From: Sminthopsis crassicaudata
Taxonomy: Eukaryota
Length of the DNA stretch: 64,000 nt
Assembly (NCBI RefSeq): GCF_048593235.1
Contig: NC_133618.1
Coordinates: 257,387,882-257,451,881 of the forward strand
Reading direction: 5' to 3'
Made by a program: the position numbers and the translations under genes. Under the pieces are notes generated by a model. The model was not told where the DNA came from, searched no databases, and saw only the letters and a program-made list of their open reading frames with translations. The first letter of the stretch is position 1. The number at the start of each line of letters is the position of its first letter. Positions 27,182 to 39,689 of this stretch are shown one piece after another.

Positions 27182-27694
27182 GTAAGGATCAGATGTTGGG
27201 GAGAACTGCTATCTCTCTTCTAGAAGGTTTTTGTGGCTCTTACATTCTCCCCAAAAAAAATCCTCCTGCAGGAAATCAGCATCTCTAATTCTCCTGCCTT
27301 TCTGTAGCCAAATGTAGGATATCCCTGGATTTGACATCTCTGATCCAGATAGCTTCTAGGCTTTTCTTGGGATGAGCTATGGCTAGGAGTAAATCCGGAA
27401 TTGAGACACAGCTAAACACATTTCCCTCTGGCTCAATGTAGGTACTCCCTCTGCTGGTCATTAGGGAAAAAAATTCATCATGAAAACTACCCTACTATCT
27501 CTTGTGGGCTCCCTTTGCTCCTCAGTTTAGGCAGTAGGGAAAGAAGGCATGGCATGTCCTTAAAGATTCTTGGGGGGAAAGAGGGTCCTTTAGTGGCTTA
27601 CTTCAGTAAAATGAAACTCTTCTCCCTCCCCCTCTGCTATAGTAGCCTCCTAATTGACTGGCTTCCTTTACTACCTTCTCATTCCCTTTTCTAG

Positions 27695-27904
27695 CTTGCC
27701 TTCAAGGTTCATTTTGAACTTTTGTGATGGAGTCCCAGGAATTTCCTATGAGGAACAACATGCAGAGAATCAAAGGCCTGAAGAACTCCCCTCTGACCGA
27801 AAGCCCTTCCTGGCTCCTATGGTCTCCAATCAAAGAGTAACTGCCAAGTCACACTTCCAGGATGTTCGGTTAATTGAATTTGACATCACAGGCTCTGGAA
27901 TCAG
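27695..27904 (+). CDS. NDOR1: NDOR1 exon 6
   Basis: LPSRF...KPFLAPMVSNQRVTAKSHFQDVRLIEFDITGSGI. AG/GT boundaries. Confidence 0.95.
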
Positions 27905-28039
27905 GTGAGATGTATCTCCCACAGATCCACCCCAACTTCTCACTGTCACCCAGAGGAGATCTTATCAAATTAGACATTGATTCAATAAGCATTTACTAAG
28001 TTTTGAGATAGATTACAAAAGCTATGTGGGTGGTACAGG

Positions 28040-28640
28040 TAATGGAATTTAGTAAAATTTAAAAATCTCTATGAGCTTCTGTGGCTACAGAAGGTATTGT
28101 GGGAGGGATTTGAGTAAAGTTTTTAAAGTCTTATTTAGTTGAGGAGGCTGTTCCAAGAGAAGAAACAGCAAACAATAGTAACAAGGACAGGAATATATGG
28201 GGCCCATTTTGAGAGACAGTGAGAAGACAGTTTAATAAGAGTACAAGTTTCAGGAAGGGAAAGGAATGTGAAATAAAGCTAGAAAAGTAGGCAGAGACCA
28301 GCTGAGGAATTGAAACTTTTATTTCATAATTTGGAACCATTAAGCAGAGGAGTGATGGGATTAGAGCTCTGTTTTAGGAAGATTATTTGGCAATGAAATA
28401 TAGATTGGATTATAGTGGAGAGGCCAGAAGATGCTTTAGAAGGCTTATGCAATATACCAGACCTGGACATCCTTCAGGATGTTTATGCCGTATTCCAGGT
28501 GAGAGAAATTAAGTGACTGTGTTAAGGTGGTAGAGGTAGGAAGAGAGGAAGAACAAAGGGATGCAAGTATATTTGAGATGTAGAATCAACAGATTTAATT
28601 TCTAGTTAGATGTGGAGGGCAAGGAAAAAGGAAGAGTCAA
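28040..28640 (-). mobile_element. L2 fragment in NDOR1 intron 6
   Basis: Purine-rich L2-like body (GGATTATAGTGGAGAGG...GAGATGTAGAATCAACAG...GAGTCAAAGA). Boundaries approximate. Confidence 0.55.
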
Positions 28641-28936
28641 AGACAACTTTTACCTTGCCTTTAGCCCCCAGTTTTCAGCAAATCATTTAGGGATGTTAAT
28701 TCTGAGACCCAGAATCCTAAAGAACTACTTCAACCCTTGTCCCCTTAACTCAGTACTTTCTTGCCCTTTCTACTTATCTCCCCTCAAAGTTTCTACCTCC
28801 TGCTCCCAATTCCCCCAGACTCTCTGCTTCTGTCTCTCTACTACCATACTACCATACCCAGACCTCATCATGTCTAGGCCAAAGCTTTCACAGGCAGGTG
28901 CCCAGGACTAACTGGGGTAGGGTCCTTTCCCTGCAG

Positions 28937-29058
28937 CTTTACTGCTGGTGACGTTGTGATGATCCAGCCTCAGAACTCAGCCAGTGATACCAAGCAATTC
29001 TGTCACCTGCTCAATCTGGATCCAGATCAGCATTTTGTGCTGCAGCCTCGGGAGCCAG
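28937..29058 (+). CDS. NDOR1: NDOR1 exon 7
   Basis: FTAGDVVMIQPQNSASDTKQFCHLLNLDPDQHFVLQPREP. AG/GT boundaries. Confidence 0.95.
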
Positions 29059-29443
29059 GTACGTTTCTCAGTTTCTCTGTTCATTTTTTCATTCTACTTT
29101 CCTCTTCCATGTCTATCTTTCATAGTCTCTTTCTGTCCATCTCTCATTTTCCCCCTCTACACACCTGATTTTCTTTTCTTTTTTTTTTTTTTTTTTTTTT
29201 TTTTCATCTTCTCCCTTTTTTCCCTCCAAAATCCAAAGAACTCTTAAGTATTGTCTCTGGGGCTTTGAGATATAGTTGGTTCTCAGAGCCTCCGCTTAGT
29301 TCCTAAAGTAACCTGGAGAGGTCCTCCCAGACTTGGCTGTGGAGTCTGATCACCAGTAGAGTAAGGGTGACTCCTCAGGCAGGGTGGGCCCCTGCCCTTT
29401 CACTCACCATAAGCCACATTGGATTCCCTGCTTGCTGTTTCAG

Positions 29444-29664
29444 ATGTCACCTGCCCAGTTCAGCTGCCTCAGCCCTGCACCATCCATCACCTTGTATCCC
29501 ACTACCTGGACATCAGCCGTGTTCCTCATCGCTCCTTTTTTGAGATCCTGGCCTGTCTCTCTCAACACCAGATGGAACGTGAGAAGCTGCTTGAGTTCAG
29601 TTCTGCACAAGGCCAGGAAGAACTATACGACTACTGTAATAGACCTCGAAGGACTATCTTGGAG
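29444..29664 (+). CDS. NDOR1: NDOR1 exon 8
   Basis: LPQPCTIHHLVSHYLDISRVPHRSFFEILAC...YCNRPRRTILE. AG/GT boundaries. Confidence 0.95.
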
Positions 29665-29829
29665 GTGAGGGATCAGAACTAGGGCCTGACTCTGGCCTCT
29701 CAGGTTAGAGACCCTCCATATAGACATAGATTTGGTCCCAAAGTACTACCATGCTTTCGTGCCCCCAACCTTCATCTTCTGCGAGAAGAGTAAAGTTGAG
29801 AGTTCAGGCTGCTCTGCTTCCACCTCCAG

Positions 29830-29937
29830 GTCCTGGGTGATTTCCCTCACTCAGCAGCTTCCATCCCACCGGATTACCTGCTGGACCTCATCCCCCCAAT
29901 CCGTCCCAGGGCCTACTCCATTGCCTCTTCATTGCTG
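29830..29937 (+). CDS. NDOR1: NDOR1 exon 9
   Basis: VLGDFPHSAASIPPDYLLDLIPPIRPRAYSIASSLL (FAD-binding RxYSI motif). Confidence 0.95.
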
Positions 29938-30380
29938 GTGAGAGATAATGCCCATTTCAGGAATTCTGAAAGAAAGGGAGGGGGGAGGGTATATCTCCAT
30001 TTGGGGAAAATCCACAGCCAGGCTGAGAGACATCCTTTAGAAGCATCTTTAGTTCTCTCTGGATGCTTTAAGTGTCCATTCACAGTTTGAGAACAAACAC
30101 AATGGCATAAATAAGAAAAAAGAGTTTATACCTTTTCAGGAACACCACTGTTACCTAGAGTTAAGTTAGTCTGGGCATAGTCTAAACTTCCCAAATAGAA
30201 AGGTGTGAACAATACCTCTACACAGGCTAGTGAGAGCCCTGAAGAAAATGAAAAGACAGAAAGATCCCTTTCCCTGCCTCTTGTTTGCTCTCTGGTTTTA
30301 AAGGCAGATATAGCCTTTTCAGTCTCCTTTCCCCCTTACTCCCTAACACATTATATGATCCAGTTTGTTCCCTCCCCAAG

Positions 30381-30495
30381 GCTCATCCTTTTAGGGTGCA
30401 GATCATCATGGCTGTGGTGCAATACCAGACTCGCCTCCGTAAACCCCGTCAGGGCCTTTGTACCTCCTGGTTGGCCTCCCTGGATCCCAGCAGAG
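30381..30495 (+). CDS. NDOR1: NDOR1 exon 10
   Basis: AHPFRVQIIMAVVQYQTRLRKPRQGLCTSWLASLDPSR. AG/GT boundaries. Confidence 0.95.
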
Positions 30496-30853
30496 GTAAG
30501 CCCAGTTAATGTACCTAGGCTTAGTCTCAGGGACTCTTTCTTTTTTGCCTCCTACTTTTGCCAGTCCTACTTTTTCCACTCAACTGAGCTAAAATATCAC
30601 AAGACATGGGAAATATTGAGGGACTCCAAGAAAGGCAGGGGAAATTTAACATAGGTGTCAAACACATCTCATGCAAAACATTTTCTCTTCTCTGTTCCTC
30701 CCAGTGCTAGGAGTTTATTCTGGATTTGCCCTAGCCTGGAGCCACCTCATGCTGATACCTTTTATCTTCCACTTCCCTTCAGATCAGAACTTAGAAACTC
30801 TCTGGGATTGTCCTGTCTTTGGATGTCACCTCAATTTCTTCTTCCGTATTTAG

Positions 30854-31000
30854 AACCAGTAAGAGTTCCCCTTTGGGTTCGAAACAGTGGGCTGACCTTC
30901 CCTTCAAAGCCTAACACCCCTGTGATCATGGTGGGTCCTGGCACTGGGGTTGCCCCCTTCCGTGCTGCTATCCAGGAACGTGTGGCACAGGGCCAGACGG
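30854..31000 (+). CDS. NDOR1: NDOR1 exon 11
   Basis: PVRVPLWVR...[21 protein letters not shown] (NADPH-binding GPGTG motif). Confidence 0.96.
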
Positions 31001-31630
31001 GTGAGTAGGAGGGGTGACATGAATTGGGAGGGCACTGGACAACTACTGCATATAAAAAGGTTCCCTGGAATCCAATTCTTTTGTGTGTTCCAATCTTTCT
31101 GTATCTCCTGGCCCAACTAGAATGTCCCCCCAAAAAATAAGGTATTTGAAGGTAGGATCCAGTCAAATTCATCCTCGTACTTCTAGATACCTAGTAAGTG
31201 AGAATTAGAAAAATCAGAACCAAAAACAAACAAGTATCCTTGAGCAGCCTAATGAAGAAGGGCCCAAAATGATTAGACTCTCCTTGTCCACCAGGAAGGA
31301 AAGGATCATTGCTTCCATCCTCATCCCTCCAGAATCCTAAATTATAGAGACTTGTGGCCAGAAAGAGCGGGGAAGGGGTATTAAAGTGGCTTTTCCATAT
31401 TTGATGGTCAGGCCCAACGTCCTGTCATTGTAGTGCCTTTTTCCTTTTTTGGAGGCAATCAAGGTAAAGCCACGCTCCAGGGTCACACTGATAATAATAA
31501 GCATCTGAGGCTAAATTTGAACTCAAGTCTTCCTGCCTCCAGGGCCAGTATTCTTATCTATTCATTGCACCACTTAATTGCCCTTCTATCTTTGTCTTTC
31601 TCATCCCATTCTGACCCCCTGTGCCAACAG

Positions 31631-31749
31631 GAAACTATCTGTTCTTTGGCTGTCGTCAGAAGGATAAAGATTTTTACTGTGAGGCAGAGTGGCAAGAACT
31701 CATTCAGAGAGGTTTCTTGACCGTCATCACTGCTTTCTCCAGGGATCAA
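31631..31749 (+). CDS. NDOR1: NDOR1 exon 12
   Basis: NYLFFGCRQKDKDFYCEAEWQEL...TAFSRDQ. AG/GT boundaries. Confidence 0.95.
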
Positions 31750-31921
31750 GTGAGTGGAAGTCAGGAGGGAGAGTCATGGGAATGATAGCATGAAAAGTGG
31801 TAAAAATCAAAGAGGGAGGGATGGCTGGAGAAAAAGATGGGAGTACTGGACCTAGCAAAAGTATTACAAGTGACTGTCATGGCCCCAAGAGGGTTGAGAA
31901 AACAATGTATAATCTCTTCAG

Positions 31922-32016
31922 GAGGAGAAGATTTATGTCCAGCACCGTCTCCAGGAGCATGGAGCATTGGTGTGGGAGTTGCTGAACCAACATGGAGCCT
32001 ACTTTTACCTAGCTGG
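31922..32016 (+). CDS. NDOR1: NDOR1 exon 13
   Basis: EEKIYVQHRLQEHGALVWELLNQHGAYFYLA. AG/GT boundaries. Confidence 0.95.
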
Positions 32017-32173
32017 GTGAGCCACCCCTCCCCCACACCCTTCTCTCTCTTCTCTGACTTCTCCTTCCCTTTGCCCTTAAGGTTTTTTTCTTTTTGTTTT
32101 TAAATAACAATTTTACCATTTCTAAAGTCCAAACTTTATTTTTATTTTTTTTAGTTGTTTTACTTTTTTCTGG

Positions 32174-32178
<5 letters not shown>

Positions 32179-32206
<28 letters not shown>
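32179..32206. repeat. (TA)14 microsatellite in NDOR1 intron 13
   Basis: Direct inspection. Confidence 0.9.
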
Positions 32207-32209
<3 letters not shown>

Positions 32210-32231
32210 TTTTAAATACATTTTTCCACCT

Positions 32232-32357
32232 GAAGCATTGGGGTTAAGTGACTTGCCCAAAGTCACATAGCCCAGTAAAGTATGAGGCTAAATTTGAACT
32301 CAGGTCCTCTTAACTTCAGAGCTGGTACTCTATCCACTGCACCACTTAGCTGCCCCT
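32232..32357 (-). mobile_element. tRNA-derived CORE-SINE (WSINE1-like)
   Basis: Reverse complement reads GGGGCAGCTAAGTGGTGCAGTGGATAGAG (A box)...GAGTTCAAATT (B box)...GGCAAGTCACTTAACCCC. Confidence 0.8.
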
Positions 32358-32664
32358 TAAAGACATCTTCATGAATCATATTGGGAGAGAAAAATCAGAA
32401 CAAAAGGGAAAAACCACAAGAGAGAGAGGGGAAAAAAAAGTGAATATATAGCATATGTTGATTTACATTCAATCTCCGTAGTTCTTTTTCTGAGATCAGC
32501 CTATCTTTCTTATTCCATAGGGGTTAATTGACCAAATTTTTACTTCGGAAAAACAGACATAGGATCCAAATAGGGCAAGTGGGTGGGGGAAAGGGGAGCT
32601 GAGAGGGATCCACTGTAATCCTGTGGTAATTTCCTTCTTCTCCTTTACCTTTTCTTTCCATCAG

Positions 32665-32809
32665 CAATTCCAAAGCCATGCCAGCCTCTGTGTCAGAGGC
32701 ATTGACCACATTGTTCAAATCAGAGGGTGGACTCTCGGACCCCGATGCTGCTGCCTACCTTACCATGCTGGAACGAACCATGCGCTTCCAAGCCGAGACC
32801 TGGGCTTGA
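32665..32809 (+). CDS. NDOR1: NDOR1 exon 14 (terminal coding exon)
   Basis: NSKAMPASVSEAL...RFQAETWA-stop. The 14 exons sum to 1794 nt, i.e. 597 aa plus stop. Confidence 0.96.
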
Positions 32810-35800
32810 GGGTCTTCACAACTCCCCTTCCCCTCCAAGGGCTCAGACCTGAGGCTAACCATCTGTCCTCCACCTCTTAGTCTAGAACACATTCTCCAGG
32901 CCCTCTCTAGCCACTCTTGTCTTCCCCACCCTGGGACTAGACCTCACCATCTTCACCCTGTTCTGAAACCTGGATATTTTCCTTTTCCACCCGGGAAGCT
33001 GATGATCTTCATTTGCTATGAGAAGAGAGGGGGTGGAGCAGGGCCAGAGTATTTGATTTTGTGATTAGCTGGGGAAGTGGGATTGAGGCACAATTGACAA
33101 AGCAATAATAATATGGCAAATTGATCCCTTGCTTAGAGAGGATGTGTATATATACATACAAACACACATCTCAGCCATTATAGTGAAGGCCTGATGAAGG
33201 GAAAAGGCTTGAGACTGATCCAGAAGACAAGTACTAGTGGTTCTGACCCCAAGAGTTTGCTAGACAAGGGTCTCAAGCTTTGGAGATCCTATTTTAGCTA
33301 CAAAAGAAAACTTTTTCCTTCAGACTTTCTCTGAAGTTCCAAGCTTAAGAACAGCTGGCCAGAGTTCCCCTCTCCCTCTTTCTACTGGGAAAAGGAGAGG
33401 AAGCTGGAGAAATAGCCTAGGGTGAATACATAACAAAAGAATGACTTCCTTGGAAAAATTAGGGAAGTCTTCCTGGAGGAAATTCTGAAAGATCTTCTGT
33501 TGATGTAAAGAATAGGGTTGACTTGGGGAAGGAGGGAGGGCTGTAAGCAGAGAGTGGAGGAAGATTGTGGGTGTAAGAACTGGAAGAACCCGAGCTCTTA
33601 AAACAATCACTTATGTCTCTAGGGCTCCCCCAAGGCTTACCCTGAGGGAACCTGGGCTGGAGACTCAAGAGTTGCCTCCTCATCCGATCTCTATGCCTTA
33701 AACGCTGTATTGGTGTGCACCCATAAGGTCCAGTCATCTTAAGTAGAGGGCACTTCTGCCCTCAGGAAAGAGCAATGTCCCCTGACCTGGGAAGGACCTT
33801 CTCTGTATTCTGGTCCGACCAGCAAGTAGGGATTCTTTGCCCTGACTCAGCAGGGAGGGGTGACTCCAGAAAGCCTCCCTTACACCTGTATTCCTTCTTC
33901 TAGGACACGGTTTAGGACATCCTAGGGGCCCAGAGTGCCTACTTTCATCAGGCCATAGGAAAGCCATGGCTTACCACCTGTAGGAAATTTTCTCAAATTA
34001 ATTATATCCCTGGATGAATCCCTTTTTACTACCAAAATTCCCTGTCTTAATAAGATATTGACATTGTTCATTGGCATCAGCCTTCCCATCACTCCTTCAA
34101 AACTTCATTTCCCTCTCCCCAAGCAAAAAAGGAGTCTTTATATTTGGGAGAGGGGTTCCCAGGCTTATTTGGGATTATTTTGTGTGGGCAATTACATTGA
34201 GTAGGTATAAAGATGAGGCCACTTTGGTTTGGAGAATCAGGCTGGAAATGGAATTACAATTTGTTAAATCATGACAGAATGGAAAATGAAGCAGGTGTAC
34301 TTAATCAGTGCTGGTATTGAGAACTTGGAGCTTAAAGGATTTTTGTAAGTAAGTCCCAGTCCTAAAGGTGCTGAAAAGGAAGCCTCTGGAAGGCTGTTTC
34401 CCTATCATGGCTACACCCAGGAAGTGACTGGGACATGGAGTTGGGAACAAAACTACCACCCTTTCCCCTGGGGTTCTTTGGAGCTGTGCTTCCAAGTCAT
34501 CTCAAAAACACTCATTGGGTAAAGTTAAGGGGTAGTAATGTTGAAACATATCAACAAGACATTTACTTTTCCATTCTCCTAGGCCTATCTCAAAACTCTG
34601 CCAAAGCTGCCATTTTTAAATGACATCAGATGGTAAACAATCTACAATTTTAGATTATAAGGATCCCTTAGGCAAGATGTTACCTAACAGATAAGGCTGC
34701 CCTATCCCTCCTGACTAAGCCTGACTCCCAGCTGGGGAAAATAAGCCTATTCTTAAAAATTCCTTTTCTGAGATGTGAAATAGGCACAGCTTTATCTAAA
34801 GGGCCCTGAAGGATAGAATGTAAAGTCCAACACATCTGGAGACCTGTCAAGTTGGCATTAACCATTCATAACCTTCACCAATTTCAAATCTGTCTAATTA
34901 TCCTCTAGTCTGTATCATTCCATCTTTTTTACAAGATTATATACCTTCATTTTTTCATCTTACACTTTAATCTCAACCCCTTGCAATTTGGCTTTTATCC
35001 CAATCAATAAGCATCTGTTCAGTGCCTGCTAAGTGATTAACACTGTGCTAATGGGGGTCAGGGGTCTGTCCTGGCTCTCAAGGAGATTACAGTCTAATGG
35101 GAGAAGATAAAACACAAAAAGGAAACAGTTTGGGGGGAGTGAGTGAAGGTATGCAATGAGGGGCGTGTTGCAGAAGTCCCAAAGAGGTACATAGCCAGGT
35201 AAGACATGAGGAAAGAGGTGTGTTCTTTGTCTTGAGAACATATACTCATGTAAATGCAAGTGTGACACATGAATCCAGTCATACCTTTTCCATCCTATCT
35301 TCCTGAAAAGTGTATAATAAACTATGTAATACTCATTCCTGATGTATATTTGGAGTAGGTATTTGAACACTTTTAAATGGAAATCTTCAGCACTTCTTGA
35401 CAGCCTATAAATTTAAATGTAACTATATTTTGAAGTTTAAAAGAATCACTGGGTGGGTGCTAATCTAAGGAATTCTTAGTAGTTGAATTAAAACATTGAG
35501 AACCCACTAGGTTAGGTATGAGCGTATAACCAGGAAAAGTTATAACATGGTTAATGCAGAAACTTGTTTTCCATGTCTATACATATTTGTAATGGCTTTT
35601 TTTTCTTACCTTCTTGGTGGAGGAAAAGAGAATTTGGTACTGAAAACAAATTTAAAATCATACCAGACAGTCTGATTGGTCAATGTTTAAGCCCTTGAAG
35701 TGTAAATGGGCCTGATATCAAATGCCATAGATATTTAAAGGAAGATTACTGTTCTACCCAGTGAAATTTTCAGAGAACATAAATTTCTTACTAATGAAAT

Positions 35801-35852
35801 TATTCTATTCTTTATATTTTTATTCACCATATTTGACATGTAATAGATCCTT

Positions 35853-35858
35853 AATAAA
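35853..35858 (+). terminator. Candidate NDOR1 polyadenylation signal (implies a 3' UTR of about 3 kb)
   Basis: First canonical AATAAA I found after the NDOR1 stop. An ATTAAA lies near 35487 and another AATAAA near 36042. Confidence 0.4.
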
Positions 35859-37615
35859 TGTTGATCAATGGAAGAGGCAGGAATTGATGTTTTCTAAAAC
35901 TATTTCAGGAGAGAGATTGAAGTGAATTTTGAATGCCATGCTGATAAATTTAACCTTATTATAAATTTAATAATCAACAAAAACAATATACTTAAAAACT
36001 AAATGCCAAAATCTTAACTCTGATAAGATGTTTAAATTACAAATAAAATGTTTTATGTCCTTTTCCTGGCCCACATAGAATAAGCAGAGATATCTCTAGT
36101 CTTTCCTTAAGGAAATGGGAAGACACAATACTGGTGGGGTTGGATAGAGGAAAGACTAATGGTAGGTCAATGAGGAAACTGCTTAATTTGTAACTCTGCT
36201 CAAAGCACCTAGTCAATTTGTAAAATTTTGATGTATTCAATCTGAATTGGATTTGAGTTTCCTCCAGCTAGTGTACTAGATTAAGAGGGAAGAGAAAATA
36301 AGAATTGGGATCTGAATTTGCCGGTCAACAGCCTAGCATTGAATTTGGAGAGTGTTTAGCTAAGCTGTTTACCTGGTACTTTCAAACATTTGTTATTCAT
36401 TTATCAGGTACCTGTTAGGTGTAAAGTACCGTGTAAATTCTAGAGAAAAACTAGAAACCAGTTTTCCTTTTACAGGGACTTTTCCATTAAAAAAATAGGG
36501 GGGGGGGGGCAGAAACATTCTGAGTAACATTTCTTCCCCCTTCAATTCCTAATAAATCATCTGGAGTAATCTTCCCCTTCCTGACAACCCACATTGCTTA
36601 ACCTGTAGTGCCAATGTCTTTATTTTCCTAGGGTAATAGATTTGGCACTGGAGAGGACTGAGAGCTTAACCATTTTTAGCTAATCTCCAGGTCACACAGA
36701 TGCTGAATAGATTTGGAATTTTAAAACAGCTTCAATCAACACTAAAACTAATGTCTATATTCACTTCCATCCTAGAGTCTATAACAATAGTCTTATTCTC
36801 CCAAGTCTCTTCCCAACTAGACTGTGAGCCTCCAAAGAACAGAAGCTATAGGTATCCTTCCTGCCTTTTTGCACAGACTAAGGTTGTTAGAAACACGATG
36901 GATTTTTTAGAATTTGTGCCTTGAATAGATTCAAGATGGGGTTGGAAGGGGTCTGAAGTCTGGAGAGCTCCTAAGCTTCAGAATCTCTAGCTTTGAGTTT
37001 CCTGGGCCTCCTCCCAACATGGCTAAGGAGGAGCCTGCCCACCTGAGGCAGTCCCTTACCTGCTCCTCCCCTAGGCCTGGGAGGAGCCTGAGTTCCAAGT
37101 CAGATGAGCCACTAAAGAAAAATACTACTAGAATCTGAGCTCCGGCTGACTTCTTCCCGGCCTGCCTCATCATTTGATCTCTCTGGATTTGGCAGGAGTC
37201 AGAATTACAGCTGGATGTGACCCAAGAACTAGGAGGCCAAAGCCAAAAATTAGGAACCCAAGTTCACAAGGAATCAGGACTACGAGGAACCAGGAGCCAG
37301 CGCCAACCAGGTGTTTGGGATTACAAACTCTTAAGAGATTTGCTCTAATTCTGGAGAGGGTAGTGCTGGGACTCTGACAAGGGAAAAATTGGTGGTCCTA
37401 GCACTGTCAAGTGCTGGGGCGGGGTGATACCCATAGAAGCCTTGGGCCTCTGCCATGCTAAGGCAGTCAGTCCACTGACAAAGTCTCAGAGGAATTGAGG
37501 CAATCAGCCAGGAAAGAATAGCTGGTTTTTGCCTTTTCCTACTGAATTCTGAACTCTTGAAACTCCAATCCCTAATCTCTAATCTCTGACTCTGATCCTG
37601 CCTTCCTAGAAAGAT

Positions 37616-38314
37616 ATGGCCATGGGCAGCCAGGAGCCAGAGCCAACTGAGCCTGTGTCTAGGTCCCCAGATGAAGAGGACCGAATGGAGAGCTTGGCTC
37701 CTTCAACTCCCTGCCCTCCTGAGGCTGCCCCTGTGGATAGTGAGCCCCTACTGGGAGCTGAAGCTCAGTGGGCACTCCAGCTCCTGGAGGATGTGGAAGA
37801 CGAGTGCCCTATCTGTACAGAGCCCTATGGGGAAGATGAGCACCTCTTGGTATTGCTGAACTGTGGACATGGCCTGTGCCAGCACTGCCTAAACAGGCTC
37901 ATGGGCACAGCTCCCAGCACTGATCTGGGCCGTGTACGGTGCCCGCTCTGCCGGCAGAAGACTCCAATGTTGGAGTGGGAGATCTACCAGCTACAGGAAG
38001 AGTTGATTCAGGCCGATGGGCCCCAACCCCCACCACCTCCCAGCCCCCCAGCCCTTCCTCCCCGAGGGACAGGGCTTCGGGCTTCCCTGGAGCACCGTTA
38101 TCAATTTCGAGGAAACCGAGGTTGCCTCCCCTTCTTGCCTTGCCCACCCTGTCTGATCACGAGGCTCTGGGCCCTTCGTGAAAGGGGGCCTTCCACCCGA
38201 TGCCTGGTCTTGCTGACGATGGTAGCCTTGGAGGTTTTTGGACTGGTACTCATCTTTCTGCCTCTTTTACTACTTGCCTTGCTCTTTATCCTACTTAACT
38301 ATTCAGCCCACTGA
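37616..38314 (+). CDS. Unnamed RING-HC (C3HC4) protein with C-terminal hydrophobic membrane anchor, RNF183/RNF186/RNF223-like architecture, 232 aa
   Basis: CPIC-x15-CGH-x2-CQHC-x17-CPLCRQKT, a Pro-rich linker and a hydrophobic tail of about 32 residues. Strong Kozak gatATGg. Polypyrimidine/branch-like acceptor CCTTCCTAG ending at 37609. Confidence 0.85.
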   Translation: MAMGSQEPEPTEPVSRSPDEEDRMESLAPSTPCPPEAAPVDSEPLLGAEAQWALQLLEDVEDECPICTEPYGEDEHLLVLLNCGHGLCQHCLNRLMGTAPSTDLGRVRCPLCRQKTPMLEWEIYQLQEELIQADGPQPPPPPSPPALPPRGTGLRASLEHRYQFRGNRGCLPFLPCPPCLITRLWALRERGPSTRCLVLLTMVALEVFGLVLIFLPLLLLALLFILLNYSAH

Positions 38315-39689
38315 CCCGCCAGTCTGGGCTTAAAGACCTTGTGAGGGGGTGGGCTTGCTCACCACTTACCAATGATTTGCTCATCAAAGAAGTATTGACG
38401 GGAGACTGGAGCATTACAACACCCTATCACTGGAGGGATCCTGAACTGAATGAACTGATAATTAGCTGAGAAATTCTGGGGGATAATTCTTCTTGGAGCT
38501 AATAGTCATCGATTAGAGAGCTTAAACTTCGATTTGATCACAACTCCTTCAGCCATCCCCCTTGATAAGTCAAGACTGAATGGGGGAGGGGGGAAGAAAG
38601 AACTGGATCACTCACAGAAGTAAGTTCACAATCTGGTTAATGTGTAGAAATAATGATTTACATTAGTGAAAAGAAGTGGGGGTGGGAGTGGGAAGGCAAT
38701 GAACACCCTAAGATGGTGGGTTTGTGAGGGACAGGTGTGGACAGCCTGGTGGGGAGACAAGTGCCTTTTTGGAATAGGAAGTATAGAAACACTGACCAGG
38801 CAGGTCGCTGGGGGGAGGGACAGAAATGTCCTCTGTTCCTTTCTTTGTCTGGAGCTCTCAGATAAGGGCCATGCTGCTGGTGTTCCCTGAAGGTCAGACA
38901 GGCTTGGGCTTGAAGGTGAGGAAATTGAAACTGTTCCTACCCAAATAGGGTGGAATCTCGGGCCTCACACTGCTGGGAGAATTCTGGAGGAGAGCTGCTC
39001 TCTGACCATATGGACATGTCTCCTCTGACAAAGGTATGACCAGCTGTGGTGAATACAGAATTTATCCAGGTGTGAAAATGCCAGGGGACACAAACTCCAA
39101 AGTGACCCCTTCTGCAGCCACCTAATTCTCCTGGAACTTGCTTCCCACACATATATACACTCCAGACCACAAAAGAGAGCCTATAAAAAAGAACAGCCCA
39201 CAAGCTTTGGGGACAGAGACACAGCAATGCTGGACGGGAGAAAGCAGTAGTCCAGTGTACAGAATGGAGCTGAGAATCTAGCTACATCAAACTACATCTT
39301 AAGAACTATATCCAGATAGTAAAAAGCTGGAGTGTGTCCAGAAGACTGACACCAGTGAGGCCTATAGACTATGTCACGTGAGAATTGGTTGAAAGAACTA
39401 CGTATCATCCTTTGGGAAATGGTCCATCCAGTGAAGATAGATGAATGTAATATAATAAATCACTGTGCTGTAAGAAATGATGAATGCAAAGAAACATGGA
39501 AAGATTTGTCCAAACTAATGCAGACAGAGATAAGAAGAGTCAAGAATACAAGAGACAATTCTCAAACTTTTTGGACTCAGGACCTTTCTATACTCTTCTT
39601 ATTGAGGGCTCAAAGAACATTTGTTTATATGAGTGATATTCATTGATATTTATTATATCAAAGTAGAATTGATAAATTTTAAAATATTT

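Noticed and set aside
29507-29545. NDOR1 VPHRSFF versus human VPRRSFF (from memory)
   Set aside because: A single substitution that cannot be evaluated without an alignment; the main FMN, FAD and NADPH motifs and terminal ETWA are intact.
38297-38314. NYS glycosylation sequon at the C-terminus of the RING-TM protein
   Set aside because: Immediately adjacent to the hydrophobic segment and the C-terminus, so unlikely to be accessible.
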